A stretch of 64,000 nucleotides of DNA from Strigamia acuminata (lineage: Eukaryota). Positions 1 to 12,924 of the stretch are shown one piece after another. The stretch spans positions 7,254,001-7,318,000 of the forward strand of contig OX442314.1 of the NCBI GenBank assembly GCA_949358305.1, read 5' to 3'. How positions within the stretch are numbered: position 1 is the first letter of the stretch; each line of letters starts with the position of its first letter. A model generated the notes under the pieces. It saw nothing but the letters and a program-made list of their open reading frames with translations, did not search any database and had not been told where the DNA came from. A program made the translations under genes and the position numbers.

Positions 1-90
1 CTTTCTTCCGTGTGGGAGACGAATAAAGAATTAATTAATTAATTGAAAATAAATTGGAAAGGGAGATCACACAAAGCATCAAACTTACTC

Positions 91-145
<55 letters not shown>

Positions 146-300
146 AACGAAGACGATGTGGCGACGGGGACCGGGCGGATGATGAAACGCGCACTTGATC
201 CACGTTGTCGTGACACTTGATGTCGAGACCGCAAACCATTTCGTCTGGACTACGGAGCGCCCGGAGATGCGCTGTACCGCGCTCGGTACAACGAGGAATT
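1..300 (-). other. 5' region (untranslated exon, intron, acceptor) of a paralog of the 1864-2381 zinc-finger gene; coding part lies beyond window start
   Basis: 1-22 ctttcttccgtgtgggagacga matches 2382-2403; ~145-250 aligns with ~2455-2580. Confidence 0.5.
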
Positions 301-724
301 GTACGCGGGCGCGTGTGTGCAAAACATGCGGTCGATTAGCGACGTTCCCTCCGATATGCACTCGCCGAGAGAACGGGGTCGGCATCCCACGCCGAGAGAA
401 CCGTGCCGGAGAAAGAAAGTTGGAGTCGAAGCCAGCAAACGAGACTACCGGGAAACATCACGACCATCGTTGCGAACAACGTTGGCACGACAAAGACTTT
501 AAAAAGACAGGCACGCTCGGGCACCCGGTGGAAGGCGAATCCTCTCGATGGCGCGTCCCATGCCGAGGGAACCGTGCCGGAGAAAGAAAGTTGGAGTCGA
601 AGCCAGGCGGCCGAATTCCGCCACCCGGAAGTGCGTTCGTGTCCAGTTGATCGGGGACGGAAAGAAGATCGTGGCTTGCGCGCCCAGAGACGGATGTTTG
701 TTTGAATTTTAACGAGATGGAAAA

Positions 725-1656
725 CGACGGAGTTTTGGTTGCCGGATTCGGTCGTAGCGGGGCACGCCGTTGGTGATGTTCCCGGCGCGCGATTCAAAGT
801 GGTCAAAGTCGCTAATGTTTCGTTGTTGGCTTTGTACGGGGAGAAAAAGGAAAGACCGAGGTCTTAAAATGTGTTTGTTTTTTTTTTTTGTTTGTTTGCT
901 TGTTTAGTGGCAAATTTGAATTCGATCGAGTTTCAAAAATAAATCGATCGAAACGTTAAAAACGAGACTTTAACGTAGAATTTCTCATTCGTTTTAATGG
1001 CGGCAACGACTTTTTGATCGGACGACACTATCGTTTATTACAAACAAACAACGGGGTGGCGAGTAAACCGAGTGACTTCGGGCGCCGCGTTAGCATCCAA
1101 GAAACAATTAGCTCACCCGCGTGTTCGTCATCTTTGCTCGCCGCCGAGAGGATTTGCCTTCCATCGGGTGCCCGAGCGTGTCTGTCTTTTTCGAAGTCTT
1201 CGTCGCGCCAAACGTTGTTCGCGACGATGATCACGATGTTTCCTCGCAGTTCGCCGACCTCGCGGTTTACCCGCTTCGCTCGTTGGATACGGAAGGTCGA
1301 TCGGTTTATTTTTGAATTTTGGTCGCCGAGTTCGAATTTGCCGCCGAATTTGTTCGCGCGGTCTCTCGCCGTAATATGTTTTGTTTCTTTTTTTTTTTCT
1401 TTCTCGATTTTCTGTTTAATTTTTATTTATTTATTTATTTATTTATTTTTTTATTTATTAATTAATTAATTTATTTTTTTTTTTTACGAACCAAAAAAAA
1501 AAAAAACACATTTTAAGACCTCGGTCTTTCCTTTTTCTCCCCGTACAAAGCCAACAACGAAACATTTGCGACTTTGGCCACTTTGAATCGCGCGCCGGGA
1601 ACATCACCAATGGCGTGCCCCGCTACAACCGAATCCGGCAACCAAAACTCCGTCGT
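725..1656. repeat. Inverted repeat pair ~150 bp (725-876 / 1503-1656); a second inverted pair ~450-546 / 1145-1243
   Basis: Direct reverse-complement matches, e.g. gaccgaggtcttaaaatgtgttt / aaacacattttaagacctcggtc. Confidence 0.85.
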
Positions 1657-1863
1657 CCGCCTCGTTAAATAACAACTACGATTAATGTGGATTTTTTTTT
1701 ATTTTTATTTTTATTTTTATTCTTATTTTTTTTATTTTTAATTAATTAAAACAAATAAAAAGAAATGAAGAAGAAGTCATACAATACAAAAAAAAACAAA
1801 AAAACAAAAAAACAAAAAAAGGTCAAATAAAATCGAATGCACGGTCCACCGATGCTGTCTCCG

Positions 1864-2381
1864 TCATCCCTGGTGGGCGGTCGGTGCTTGAAATCTATGC
1901 GCTTCCACCCAATGGGTAGAGAGATCCTCGAAAAAGGGTGTTTCCGCGCAAAACGGACAGCGTCCGTCTTTGTGTCGGTACACCCGTCTCAGTGCCTTGA
2001 AAAAAAAATAAAAAATAAAAAAAAATAAATTAGTTGACTAGTTAACTCGGCGAAGAAACTAAAAGCTCACCAATGCCAAACGAACGGGGTCGCGCGAATG
2101 GATTCGTAGCAGCCCTCGGGTGGAATCGTCCGCATCTCCGCCGATGTTATGGTACCGTCGCCAGTGACGAAAGGCATCTTTACAGAAAACACCGTTCGGT
2201 TCTGAAACGAGAAAAAATTAAAATCAAATAAAATATACATAATTAAAAAATAAATAAATAAATAAATTGAACAACTGATAAGTAAATAAATGGATGTTTG
2301 TTTCTTACTGTCGGGGTATTTACCGCAGCACAAAGCGCAGTAATGTGACTTGTCGCCCTCTGCATGCTGCGCTCCTTCCAT
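1864..2381 (-). CDS. Novel 111-aa protein with two CxxC...HWxxxH zinc-finger-like motifs; exons 2381-2309, 2201-2071, 1995-1864
   Basis: GT-AG introns with matching phases (1,0) give MEGAQHAEGDKSHYCALCCGKYPDKPNGVFCKDAFRHWRRYH...RCPFCAETPFFEDLSTHWVEAHRFQAPTAHQG*. Confidence 0.65.
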
Positions 2382-2689
2382 CTTTCTTCTGTGTGGGAGA
2401 CGAGTAGAGAATTGAAAATAAATTGGAGAGAGAAACCACACAAAACACCAAACTTACCAACGGAGACGAAGTGCCGATGAAAACCGGGAGGAAAATGAAA
2501 CACTCGCGCGATATACGCTGTCGGACCAACGTGCGCGTTTGTCGTGACATCTGGTGTCGAGCTCGCAAACCATTTCGTGGCCGCGCGAGTCGAGGCCGTC
2601 GACTTCGAGTGGTAGCCGAGACCGTAAATGAATTCGCTTTTACCGCGACGAATCTCGCGCGACCGCGACTCCGCAAAAATACCGTATAT

Positions 2690-3202
2690 GGCCCGTAACG
2701 GCCCGCCGACGGTCCCGTAACGGTCCCGTCACGACCCCGTCAACGGCTTGTACGGGCCGTGATGGGGTCGTGACGGGACCGTCGGCGGCCCGTTAACGGC
2801 CCGTGCGGGCCGTTACGGGATCGTGACGGTCCCGTCACGATCCCGTCAACGGCTTGTACGGGCCGTTACGAGATCGTGACGGTCCCGTTGGCGGCTCGTT
2901 AACGGCCCGTACAAGCCGTTGACGGGATCGTGACGGTCCCGTCACGATCCCGTAACGGCTCGCACGGGCCGTTAACGGGCCGCCGACGGTCCCGTGACGG
3001 TCCCGTAACGGCCTTCGTTCCCGGACTTCGGCTCGCCGACGGCCCGTACGACCTCATGCGGGCCGTTAACGGCCCGTTAACGGGCCGCCGACGGCCCGTC
3101 AACGGCCCGTCGACGGCCCGCATGGGCCCGCACGGGCCGTTAACGGGCCGCCGACGGTCCCGTCACGATCCCGTAACGGCCCGTCATGATCCCGTAACGG
3201 GC
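2690..3202. repeat. GC-rich array of short palindromic units (GGGCCGTTAACGGCCC, GTGACGGTCCCGTCAC variants) in mixed orientation
   Basis: Directly visible; same units recur at 13166-14345. Confidence 0.9.
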
Positions 3203-3877
3203 TGAAAACGGGAAAACTGAGGGAGTCGGGTGCGAGACCACGTGACCCGGAGTGTGGTTTTTGGGGGCGAGGGCCGTCCTCCGACCGCGCCGTGACGCGC
3301 CCCGAGTCGGATCAAGAGTCACGGCGCGTCGCGGCGCTTTCGGAGCACGCGACCCGATCCCCCCCCTCCCTCCCGTCACAAAAACCACGTTTTAGCGAAA
3401 CCCTTGACCGGTCACAAAACCCACCGAACACCGAAAAGCAACGAACAAAACGCGCTCGGTCGCACGAACTACTCGGCCAAAACAACATCCGCAAATTCCG
3501 CATCGCAGTCGCGATCAACGAAACAACGTATAGGCCGCCGTAATGTTAAAAAGCGGGACCCTTTCGCCCCCGACAAAATCCGCACACATACCCCAAGGTT
3601 AAACGAGCGTTTCATTCGCCCATTTATCCGTCGGTCTCTTCTAGGCCATGGCGGACGGTTTTCCCAAAACTGACGCGGACGCGCGTGTGTGGGTCGCCAC
3701 GACAACATCGCCCTCTTCCTTCTCGCTTCGACGGACGACTGTGTGTGTTCGCTCAATCCGCGACGTCTTCACGACCGAACACGTGTCAATTTTGGACAGC
3801 CGACTGGCCGATTAATTCTGTTTCGTTTTATTTTATTATATTTTATTGTATTTTATTTCATTTTTCCATTTTTATTA

Positions 3878-3927
<50 letters not shown>

Positions 3928-4083
3928 TAACAACAACAAAAACAAAGGCGATGACGACGTATTGTCGGTGCCAACGAGGAAAAAAAAAAAAAAAAACAAA
4001 AAAAAAAAAGAAGAAGAATTGAAAACAAATGAAACAGGGATAAATAAAAACGAACGAATTAACTAATTAATTAATCGATCAAT

Positions 4084-5184
4084 TTATTGGTCCACCGGTC
4101 GATCGGTCGCGTCGGGGCGCGTTGGAGCGATGGCCCGGTGCTCGCGGTACCCACTCGTCGTGGCCGTGGCCGCGTCCATCGCCTCGTCCGACTCGGATCG
4201 CTCTCGGGTTTCGGTCGGTCCTTCGGCAACGACAATGGTGGCTGGCGGTTGGTCGTCGGGCTCTCGGGTCGGCGAGTGACTCAACTGGGGACAAGTAAAG
4301 TAAAGTAAAGTAAAGTAAAGTAAAGTAAAATAAAACAAAGTAAATGGAAAATAAATTGGCCGGGGTGGGACGGTGTCTAATCGAAATCGAGTTTGACCCC
4401 GTGCGCCGTGAAATGGGAAGGGGGGAAAGAGAGAGAGACAGAGACAGACAGACACTCACGTGTTCTTGTCTCGGGCGCTTCTCGAGATCCAACGCCTTTT
4501 TTTTTAAGTCCTCCACCTCCACGTCATGAGCCGACTCCGACTCCGGCTCCGACTCGAGTGGTCGTCGTTGTTGTTGCTGCCACTGCTGCCACTGCTGCTC
4601 TCGCTCCCGCTCCCACTGCTGCTCCGACTGCTCCAGCTCCAATCGCTCCCGCTCCAATCCCTCCCACTCTCGCTGCTCCCGCTCTCGTTGCTCCCGCTCC
4701 TGTCGACGCCACGCCCGCCGATAGACCGCGCTTTCTCGGTCCAACTGTTCGAGACGCAAATGGATTTGGCGCTGGTGGGACACCTCTTGTAGTCTCAACC
4801 GCTCATCAAGTTCTCTCTTCTTCGCCTCCAACCGTCTTCGCATCTCTCGCTTGAACCTCTCCAACTCGTCGTCCGTGGTTCGACGCAGTTGTCGTTGCTC
4901 CTCTCCCAGCTGGTTTCCCAGCGCCCACAGGAGCCGCGCGGTCGACGGCGGCTCTTCCTCCCCCTCCTCTCCTTCCTTCTTTTCGAACGGCAGCTCGAAT
5001 TCGACCGCCCCAGTCTAGAGAGAACGAAGGAACGAACGAATGAACAAAAATATTGCGCCGGGTAACGCGGGGCAACGCGAAAATTTTTACTCACTTCGAC
5101 CTCGAGTTTGACTCCTCGTTTAACGTCGCGCAACATGGCGGCGTCGATCTCGGTTAGGTCTTCGTCGTCGTTGTCGGCGGCGGC

Positions 5185-5240
<56 letters not shown>

Positions 5241-5408
5241 CAACGACAGCGCCATTGCCGTCTTCTTCGTCGTCGTCGGTGATGTCAACCTGAAAGCAAA
5301 ATGTTAAGCGGGGCGACGTGACACGTCGAAGAAAATAAACGCGCTCACCGTGACGACGGGAATGGGCGGCCATCTCGGATCCTCGTTTCGTTCGCGGTTC
5401 GGTTCCAT
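4084..5408 (-). CDS. Novel 336-aa acidic/poly-Ala/coiled-coil protein; exons 5408-5349, 5289-5095, 5014-4460, 4284-4084
   Basis: Four GC-rich exons separated by GT-AG introns, all phase 0, lengths 60/195/555/201 nt, forming one open frame MEPNRERNEDPRWPP...LERFKREMRRRLEAKKRELDERL...DRPVDQ*. Confidence 0.65.
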
Positions 5409-5534
5409 CTGAAAAACGGAACGAAAAGTTGACGCCGACTGACGAGAACGAAATGGTTGTCGCGGTAATAGCGTTGGAGAAACTTACCACGTTGTGTATG
5501 TATGTATGTATGTATGTATGTATGTATGTATGTA

Positions 5535-8500
5535 CAGCCTTGGACATAAAAATCGTCCCATTCTAGCTTGAGCTCGAGCTTCAGAATGAGCAGTTGCAAC
5601 TCTAATCACCAGATGGCGCAAAAAATCGTCGATTGTTACTGACATCACAATAAAAAATCCAAAACTAGAAAAGAGCAAGCGATCTGCAAACATGGCTGCC
5701 CATAGAACAATTCCCAAGTGCAATACACGTTTCAGATGAAAATCGAACCGCGATCAAGATGAGGCTGTTAATGAATTAGCGGGAAGGATGCGGATTTGAT
5801 TGTTTATTTGAAATGGTGGGTTTTGATTCCTTTCCAGATAAAAAACGAAGATAAGTTCAAAATTTTCGGCCTAGCTGCTGAATAACTGCGAAATTTTTAG
5901 TCGTTTTCAGGTTTAATTCATCCAAAATAACCATTTCGTTTCAGTTGTTCAATATTTTTCCGCAATTGAATTACGGAGGAAATTCGTACGACCAGATGTT
6001 AGTTTGGGTTAAGTATTTTTATTTCTTTATTTTTTACACAAAAAAAAATGAATTTTTACGAGAAAAAATAAATTTTCACTTGAAAAAATGAATTTTCACG
6101 AAAAAAAATGAATTTTCACGAGAAAAAATGAATTTAAATTCATTTTTTCTCATGAAAATTCATTTTTTCACTTAAAAACACATTTTTTTAGTTGAAAATG
6201 CATTTTTTTTTTTTTTCTGGTGTTAATGGTTTATAATTTATCTAATTGTTTTGTTTTGACAGGAAATTCTAAGGAGTGGAATTTTTGCCGTTTTGGACCT
6301 GTGCGATCGGTTTGCCGTGAAGGAATTGCAGTTCAATTTATCCGAGCCCAGCAGAGAATTATTCAACTACACGAGGATTATTTCAAACATTTATACACAA
6401 AATCTGTATTTTTTATTTGATATTTTTCAGTCATTCCAACCAATAAATATATTTTTGAAACCAAAAATGAATTATTTTGTCTCAATTAATGATTCAGCAA
6501 ATACTTTTGGCCAGAAAAGAATTTTTTAAACAAAAAAAATTTTTTTTTGGACTTAAAATAAATTATTTGACCTCAAATAAATATTTTGACCTAAAATAAA
6601 TGTTTTTGGAGCATAAAATAAATGTTTTTTGAGCATAAAATAAATTTTTTTGCATCTAAAATAAATTATTTGACCTAAAATAGATATTTTTGACCTAAAA
6701 TATATATTTTTGACCTAAAAGAAATATTTTTTGAGCCTAAAATAAATTTTTTTGTGATTATGATGTCACATGATCCAGCCCCTTGGATTTAACCTTTTGC
6801 CAGACATGGAGGAATAGAATTTATTTTATTTTGTGAAATTTTATAAATAAAAAATTTTATTTTGAGAAACATCTATTAATTTTTTATTTTAATAAAGAAA
6901 TCAAATAAAATAATTTAAAAACAAAAACAAACATATAAATAAAATATTCAAATTTAAAAAAAAGCTAAAAAATTTCAAATGCTGAAATTTTCAAAAGAAA
7001 TTCAAAGATGCCTCAATTAACTACTCAACAAAGGAACCAATTGACTGGATTTTGGATCGCAGGGGTATATCTTGAAGTTGAAAAATACAATATGAAACCA
7101 AAAAAATATATTTTATGCAAAAAAATGGGTTTTTAAACACAAAAAATACTATTTAATGCAAAGAAATGGGTTTTTTGAATAAAAAAATACATTTATGGGC
7201 ATAAAAATGGGTTTTTAGATCCAAAAAATACATAATTTATTATATCTTTAAGTTGAAGAGCACACCAATTTCATATGAAAATTGTATTTTATAAAATATA
7301 ACAATTTTGTATAAAAAGACCAACTATAAACTAAAAACATGCATTTTTTTAAATAAACAAGCTAACTTTAGTCTTTAAAAAATGCATATTTTGCTTAAAA
7401 AATATAAAATCGGATAAAAAAATAAAGTCTAATAAAATAATTCATTTTTAGATGAAAAAGTAAATTCTTTTACAAAAAACAAACTGTAGGCAAACAAAAA
7501 AATGCATTTTAGATGAAATATACAATTTTTAATTGAATAAAACAGTTTTAGATAAAAAAAATTGATGTTTAGACCAAAAAAATACATTCTTTAGGTAAAA
7601 AATTACATTTTTCGTTAAAAAATTACATTTTTCGTTAAAAAATTACATTTTTCGTTAAAAAATTACATTTTTGGTTAAAAAATTACATTTTTGGACAAAA
7701 AAAATACATTTTTGGGCAAAAAAATACATTTTTGGGCAATAAAATACATTTTCTAGTAAAAAAATCACTTTTAGATAAAAAAAATGCATTATCAGATTTA
7801 AAAAACAGCCTTTTTGACCAAAAAAACGCATTTTTGGACTAAGAAATAAAATTTTAAACCAAAAAAATGCACAAATATTACAATTTTTCTCATTTTTACA
7901 GATGGCAATACCAGATATTGCTAACGAATTGGCCTGCAGTACCAAAACCGTGCAAAGATGGGTGAACCGGTGGCGCCGGCTAGGTGCTGTCGACCGCAAA
8001 GCAGGGAGTGGCCGGCAGAGGAAAACCACTAATGATCAAGATGAAGAGATCATCACAACAGCCCTACAACAGCCGTTCTCCAGTTCCTCAGAGATTCGGA
8101 GTGACCTCGATCTGCCAGTGTCCTCAAGGACTGTGCGCAGAAGGTTGTGCGAAGGCGGATTGAATGGCTGCATAGCTGCACAAAAGGATTTACTTTCTGA
8201 TGTGCACCGTGCAGCAAGGGTTCAATTCGCTGAAGCCAACCTGCAGCGGGACTGGCAGAATGTGGTCTTCTCCGATGAAAGTTCGGTGGGTGTTGGCGGC
8301 AATGGTCAGGTCCATGTGCGACGTCCAGTAGGAGACAGGTTCGATCCGGCATTCATTCGAACAAAAGTAAGATTAGCTGTTGAAATATATTTAACATTAA
8401 TTTCAAATTTTAATAAAAATTACACACTTATTACAGATACACAGTGGACGTTTTAGTATCAATGTCTGGGGCTGGATGTCGCAACGTGGTCTTGGAGAAA

Positions 8501-10961
8501 TCTGCCGTCTGACAGGCCACCTGACTGCCGCATCATACGTAGAGGTTCTGGAGACGACTATGCTGCCAAGCTGCCAACGCCGGTTCGGTGATGAACCGTG
8601 GGCTTTCCAGCATGACAGGGCGCCGCCACACACAGCCAACATCACCAGGCAGTGGCTGGCAACAAACCTGCATGCGGAATTGCTCGATTGGCCGGCGAAG
8701 GCAGCTGATCTCAACCCAATTGAGAATATATGGGCAAATTTAAAACACCATCTGCAAAAAAAGGTAATAATTGATTAAAAATTTAAAAAAAAAATATAAT
8801 GATATAAAATACTTATTTGCAGCCAATTGCAAGAAACCCAGAGGAACTATGGGAGCAAATTCAACAAACTTGGGGAGAATTAGCGGCAAACCAGAACTTG
8901 GTGCCAACAATTATCCAGTCCATGCCCAGAAGATTACAAAAAGTAATTGACTTAAATGGGCACTGGACTGGATATTAATGGAAGATATTACACATTTATT
9001 TGTATTATTTATACACATTTATTTGTATTATTTATTAGTTATTTAAATTGTTTGTGTTATGATTAAGTGATGATAACTTGTCAGTTGTTACGTTTATAAG
9101 AAAGCTCTCTCGAGCTTGTTGCTTGTATTGTTATAAGCCATCATAGCTGATCTGTGTGTTAGTTTAAGTAAAACTCTTTTCTTTCAACTCAACTTTCCTT
9201 TATTCCCTGCTCACGGTTAACAGTTTGTCTTTGTTTAACAGTATTATTATGTTTCGAATTAAATCATCCCATTCTACTCCTATTTTGTCACAATAACAAA
9301 ATCATTTATATTAGGCCCAAAAAAAATTATTTTAGACCCAAAAATTTGTTTCTTGTTTAAAAAATTCTTTTCTGGCCAAAAACATTAATTTATTCATTTA
9401 CTGATTCAAAATAATTCATTTTTGGTCAAAAAATATATTTATTGGTTGGAATTTTTGAAAAATAAATATTTTATGTATAAATATGTGATGTTTCAAATAA
9501 TCCTCGTGTGAACCGATCGCACAGGTCCAAAATGGCAAAGATTCCATTCCTTAGAATTTCCTAACAAAACAAAACCAAATCAACACCTGCCGGAAATGCG
9601 GTTGTCCGGCAGCAGTTTGCTGAATATTTCGTTCAACTTGTCTGGAAAATTTAATTGATTTGGTGAGATTTGGAAATCGTGAAATCAAATGATGTCGGAC
9701 TCACTTTGCATTATTTGCGAGTCACGAGTTCCTCGAAGTTGGCCGTTTGGTATTTTTCGACTATTTGCTTCCGTCGTTCTTCTTCAGCTTGGATTCTGGT
9801 GGATTGAGGTTCCGCCAGCATCTTCTTTAGGGAATCGACAGTCACTTCTTCACCCGGATATTTCTGTAAAATCGATCAACAGTTTAAAAATTGCGATAAA
9901 TTTGAGCATTTTTTTTGTTCAATATCGCCAAATTTTTTAGCAATTTCGTCAGTATCTGAGAAAATTGACGAATTTCGTCAAAATTTCACCAAACTTTTGA
10001 TAAATTTCAATTAATTTTGACTAATTTTTAATAAATTACGACATAATTTGACAACTTTTGATAAATTTCAATGAAATTTAGTCCAATTTAGCCACAATTC
10101 CGCTCAAAAAACAATAAATCACAAAATTTCCTCATTCATATAACAATTTCAAATGCCCGATTAATTACTTTAGTCACTCTCGGCGAAGACGCGACACTAT
10201 CCACTTCAACACTAATCGAATTCAAATCATTAAAACTATGTGTAAGCGTCATCAAACCTAAAACAAAAAATTTCTTTAAACATTTTCCACACAAAACCAA
10301 ACCAAAAAACCCAAAAAATCACTTTGTTTCGGCACTTGCTCTACGTGATGAAGTCCGTTGAAAACGTCGGCAAACGAGGATCGTCCAATTCGAGTTTGTG
10401 TTCGATTACGGTTGTGAAAATGTGGAATGGAAATGAAAGGAAATTCAACGTCAACAACTGAAATAAAAATTAACACTTTGTTATTTGCTCCAAATTAATT
10501 TACCTCCAAACAAGTTAATTTGATTACCCAAACCAACAACTCGTCAACAACTCGTCAACAACTGAAACGAAATGGTAATTTGGGATGAATTAAACCCGAA
10601 AACGACTCAAGATTTCGCAGTTGTTCGGCAGCAAAGCCGAAAATTTTGGACTTATCTTAATTTTTTTCATCCCGAAAGGAACCAAAACCCACAATTTCAA
10701 ACAAACAATCAATCCGCATCCTTTCCGCTTGCGTAATTCAGCATCTAGAGTGAAAACAAACGAGAACGTGTATTTGCACTTGGGAATTGTTCTACGACGG
10801 CCATGTTTGTTGATCGCTCGCTCTTGTCTTGTTTTGAATTTTACATTGTGATGTCACAACAAATCAACGATTTTTTGCGCCATCTGGTGATTGGTGTCGA
10901 AACTGCTCATTCTGAAGCTCGAGCTCAAGCTGGAATGGGACGATTTTTATGTCCAAGGCTG
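5535..10961 (+). mobile_element. Autonomous Tc1-like DNA transposon (5427 bp) with long imperfect TIRs and TA target duplication, inserted in a (TATG)n microsatellite
   Basis: TA|CAGCCTTGGACATAAAAATCGTCCCA ... TGGGACGATTTTTATGTCCAAGGCTG|TA; inverted similarity extends ~400 bp and again at ~6250-6530 vs ~9350-9575; central transposase. Confidence 0.92.
7008..8978 (+). CDS. Tc1-family transposase, 334 aa, DD35E; exons 7008-7064, 7902-8366, 8437-8763, 8823-8978
   Basis: Spliced frame MPQLTTQQRNQLTGFWIAG|MAIPDIANEL...VFSDES...K|IHSGRFSINVWG...FQHD-x35-E (WPAKAADLNPIENIW)...SMPRRLQKVIDLNGHWTGY*; three phase-0 GT-AG introns. Confidence 0.9.
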
Positions 10962-11058
10962 TATGTATGTATGAATGGATAAATGTCTGTCGGTCGTCGA
11001 ACGAAGTTGGTCGCAAAACGCAGACGTCGCGTGGTCGGGAAAAGTGCACTCACTCACA

Positions 11059-11127
<69 letters not shown>

Positions 11128-11310
11128 GCGAGATGTGACGCTAGAGCATGTCGGTCGACCGGTGACGCGAAAAAGATTAATGGCAATAACTGACAACTAA
11201 TAATTAATAATCAATAATTAATTAATAATCGACGATTAATAATCAATAACCGATAATGATTAGTAATAACGACAAACGTCGTCATCGAAAATAGCGACGC
11301 TTTGTCTCCG

Positions 11311-11385
11311 GGCCCGGGTGGCCGAGCGGGCAGAGTTACCTGCCGTACGGAGTTGTGGATCGAGGGTTCGAATCCCGCTCCCGCG
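11311..11385 (+). other. tRNA-derived sequence (SINE head or tRNA pseudogene) with Pol III A and B boxes
   Basis: TGGCCGAGCGG (A box) and GGTTCGAATCC (B box) at tRNA spacing; no clean cloverleaf. Confidence 0.55.
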
Positions 11386-11803
11386 AGTTTTCGTTTCTGG
11401 CAAAGCTGTATTGTCAAACACGCATTCCATTGACATTGCCATACATTGTGCCGTTTCAGTTTGGTCCCTTCTTCGTTTCAGATAGTGATGGTGAACACTC
11501 TCCCGCGAGGTTGCGGGAGGGTGGGGGGGAGTCGAAAGATTCGGCTCTCCTTTTATTTCTTCGTTTTATTTTTTTATTTTCATTTACCGTTCTCATCTTT
11601 ATTTTCATTCTCGTTTTTTATTTTCGTTTACATGTTTCTATTTTTATTTCCACGGTGTGTCGGGAGGGCGCGCGAAAACCTACTCGCCCAATCTCCGTGG
11701 TCGCATTTTCCAAATTTTGTCACTGGATTTCGCGCTTGCGGTGGGGATGGGCGCGCGCAGGCTCCGTCGTCGTGCCAGAAACTCCACTGTGTGATGTAGT
11801 CGC

Positions 11804-11834
<31 letters not shown>

Positions 11835-12009
11835 ACCTAAACCACCACCACCACCACCACCACCACCATCGTCGTCTCTTCTCTCCTTTTCTTTTAATTT
11901 TTGTTAATTTTTGTTAATTTTTGTTAATTTTGTAATTTTGTAATTTTGTAATTTTGTAATTTTGTAATTTTTGAAATTTTTATTTTTAACTTTTGAATGT
12001 ACAAATGTA

Positions 12010-12048
<39 letters not shown>

Positions 12049-12202
12049 ATACAATAATCAGACTTTATTCTTCAGTCTTAAAAATATAAAAAAAATAAAA
12101 AAAAAAAATATTGTAAACCACTCGTTTACGGTCCACGGGGAAATAAATAAATAAATAAATACATAAATGAATGAATGAATGAATGAATAATTAGAATCGA
12201 AG

Positions 12203-12527
12203 AGTGGCTGTCGTCGTCGTCGTCGCCGCCGTCGCCGCCGGTCCTCTCCTCGCCACCTTTACCACCGGTCGCCCCTTTGTCGTCGCCTTCGTCGTCCACC
12301 GGCTCCGTATCATCGGCCATCGCTCCCATCCACTTCTTCTCCACCCTCTCCAACATGTTCTCGAATCGTTCCTCCGTTCTCGCCAGCATCGCTTCCAATT
12401 TTGCCTCCGTCCTCGCCATCATCTTCTCGACCATCGCCTCCAGCGCCGTCTCCTCGCTCTTCTTTTCACTCGGTGTCGGTGGCGGCGGCGGCGGCGGTGG
12501 TCGCGCAGACGCACCCCCTCGACGCAA
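12203..12527 (-). CDS. Probable exon of another cargo gene (poly-Pro, short coiled coil, Gly/Asp-rich); other exons not resolved
   Basis: Polypyrimidine/AG acceptor at 12528-12529, GC-rich open frame ALEAMVEKMMARTEAKLEAMLARTEERFENMLERVEKK. Confidence 0.4.
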
Positions 12528-12549
12528 CTAGCGAAAAAAAAAAAAAAAA

Positions 12550-12649
<100 letters not shown>

Positions 12650-12735
12650 TGAGAGAGAGAGTGCACTGTTCACGCGCCCACATGCGTGAACAGTGCACTC
12701 GCCCTCCGCGCCCCGTCGGCGTAGGCGCCGGCCGT

Positions 12736-12773
<38 letters not shown>

Positions 12774-12924
12774 GCCCGGGAATCGCCCTTCCGCCCGTCA
12801 CCGAATTTTGTCAATATCTGATAAATTTCCACAGAATTGCAGCGACATTGTACGAGATATTTCTGCCCGATTTGACGGACTTATGTAAAACATTGCTGAA
12901 ATTCCGTGGAAATTTATAAAATAT

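Noticed and set aside
2690..3202. CRISPR-like appearance of palindromic repeats (also 13166-14345, 18960-19115, 59450-59670)
   Set aside because: No unique spacers, no cas genes, eukaryotic context.
11311..11385. Functional tRNA genes here and at 29288-29355
   Set aside because: A and B boxes are present but acceptor and anticodon stems do not pair properly; treated as tRNA-derived.
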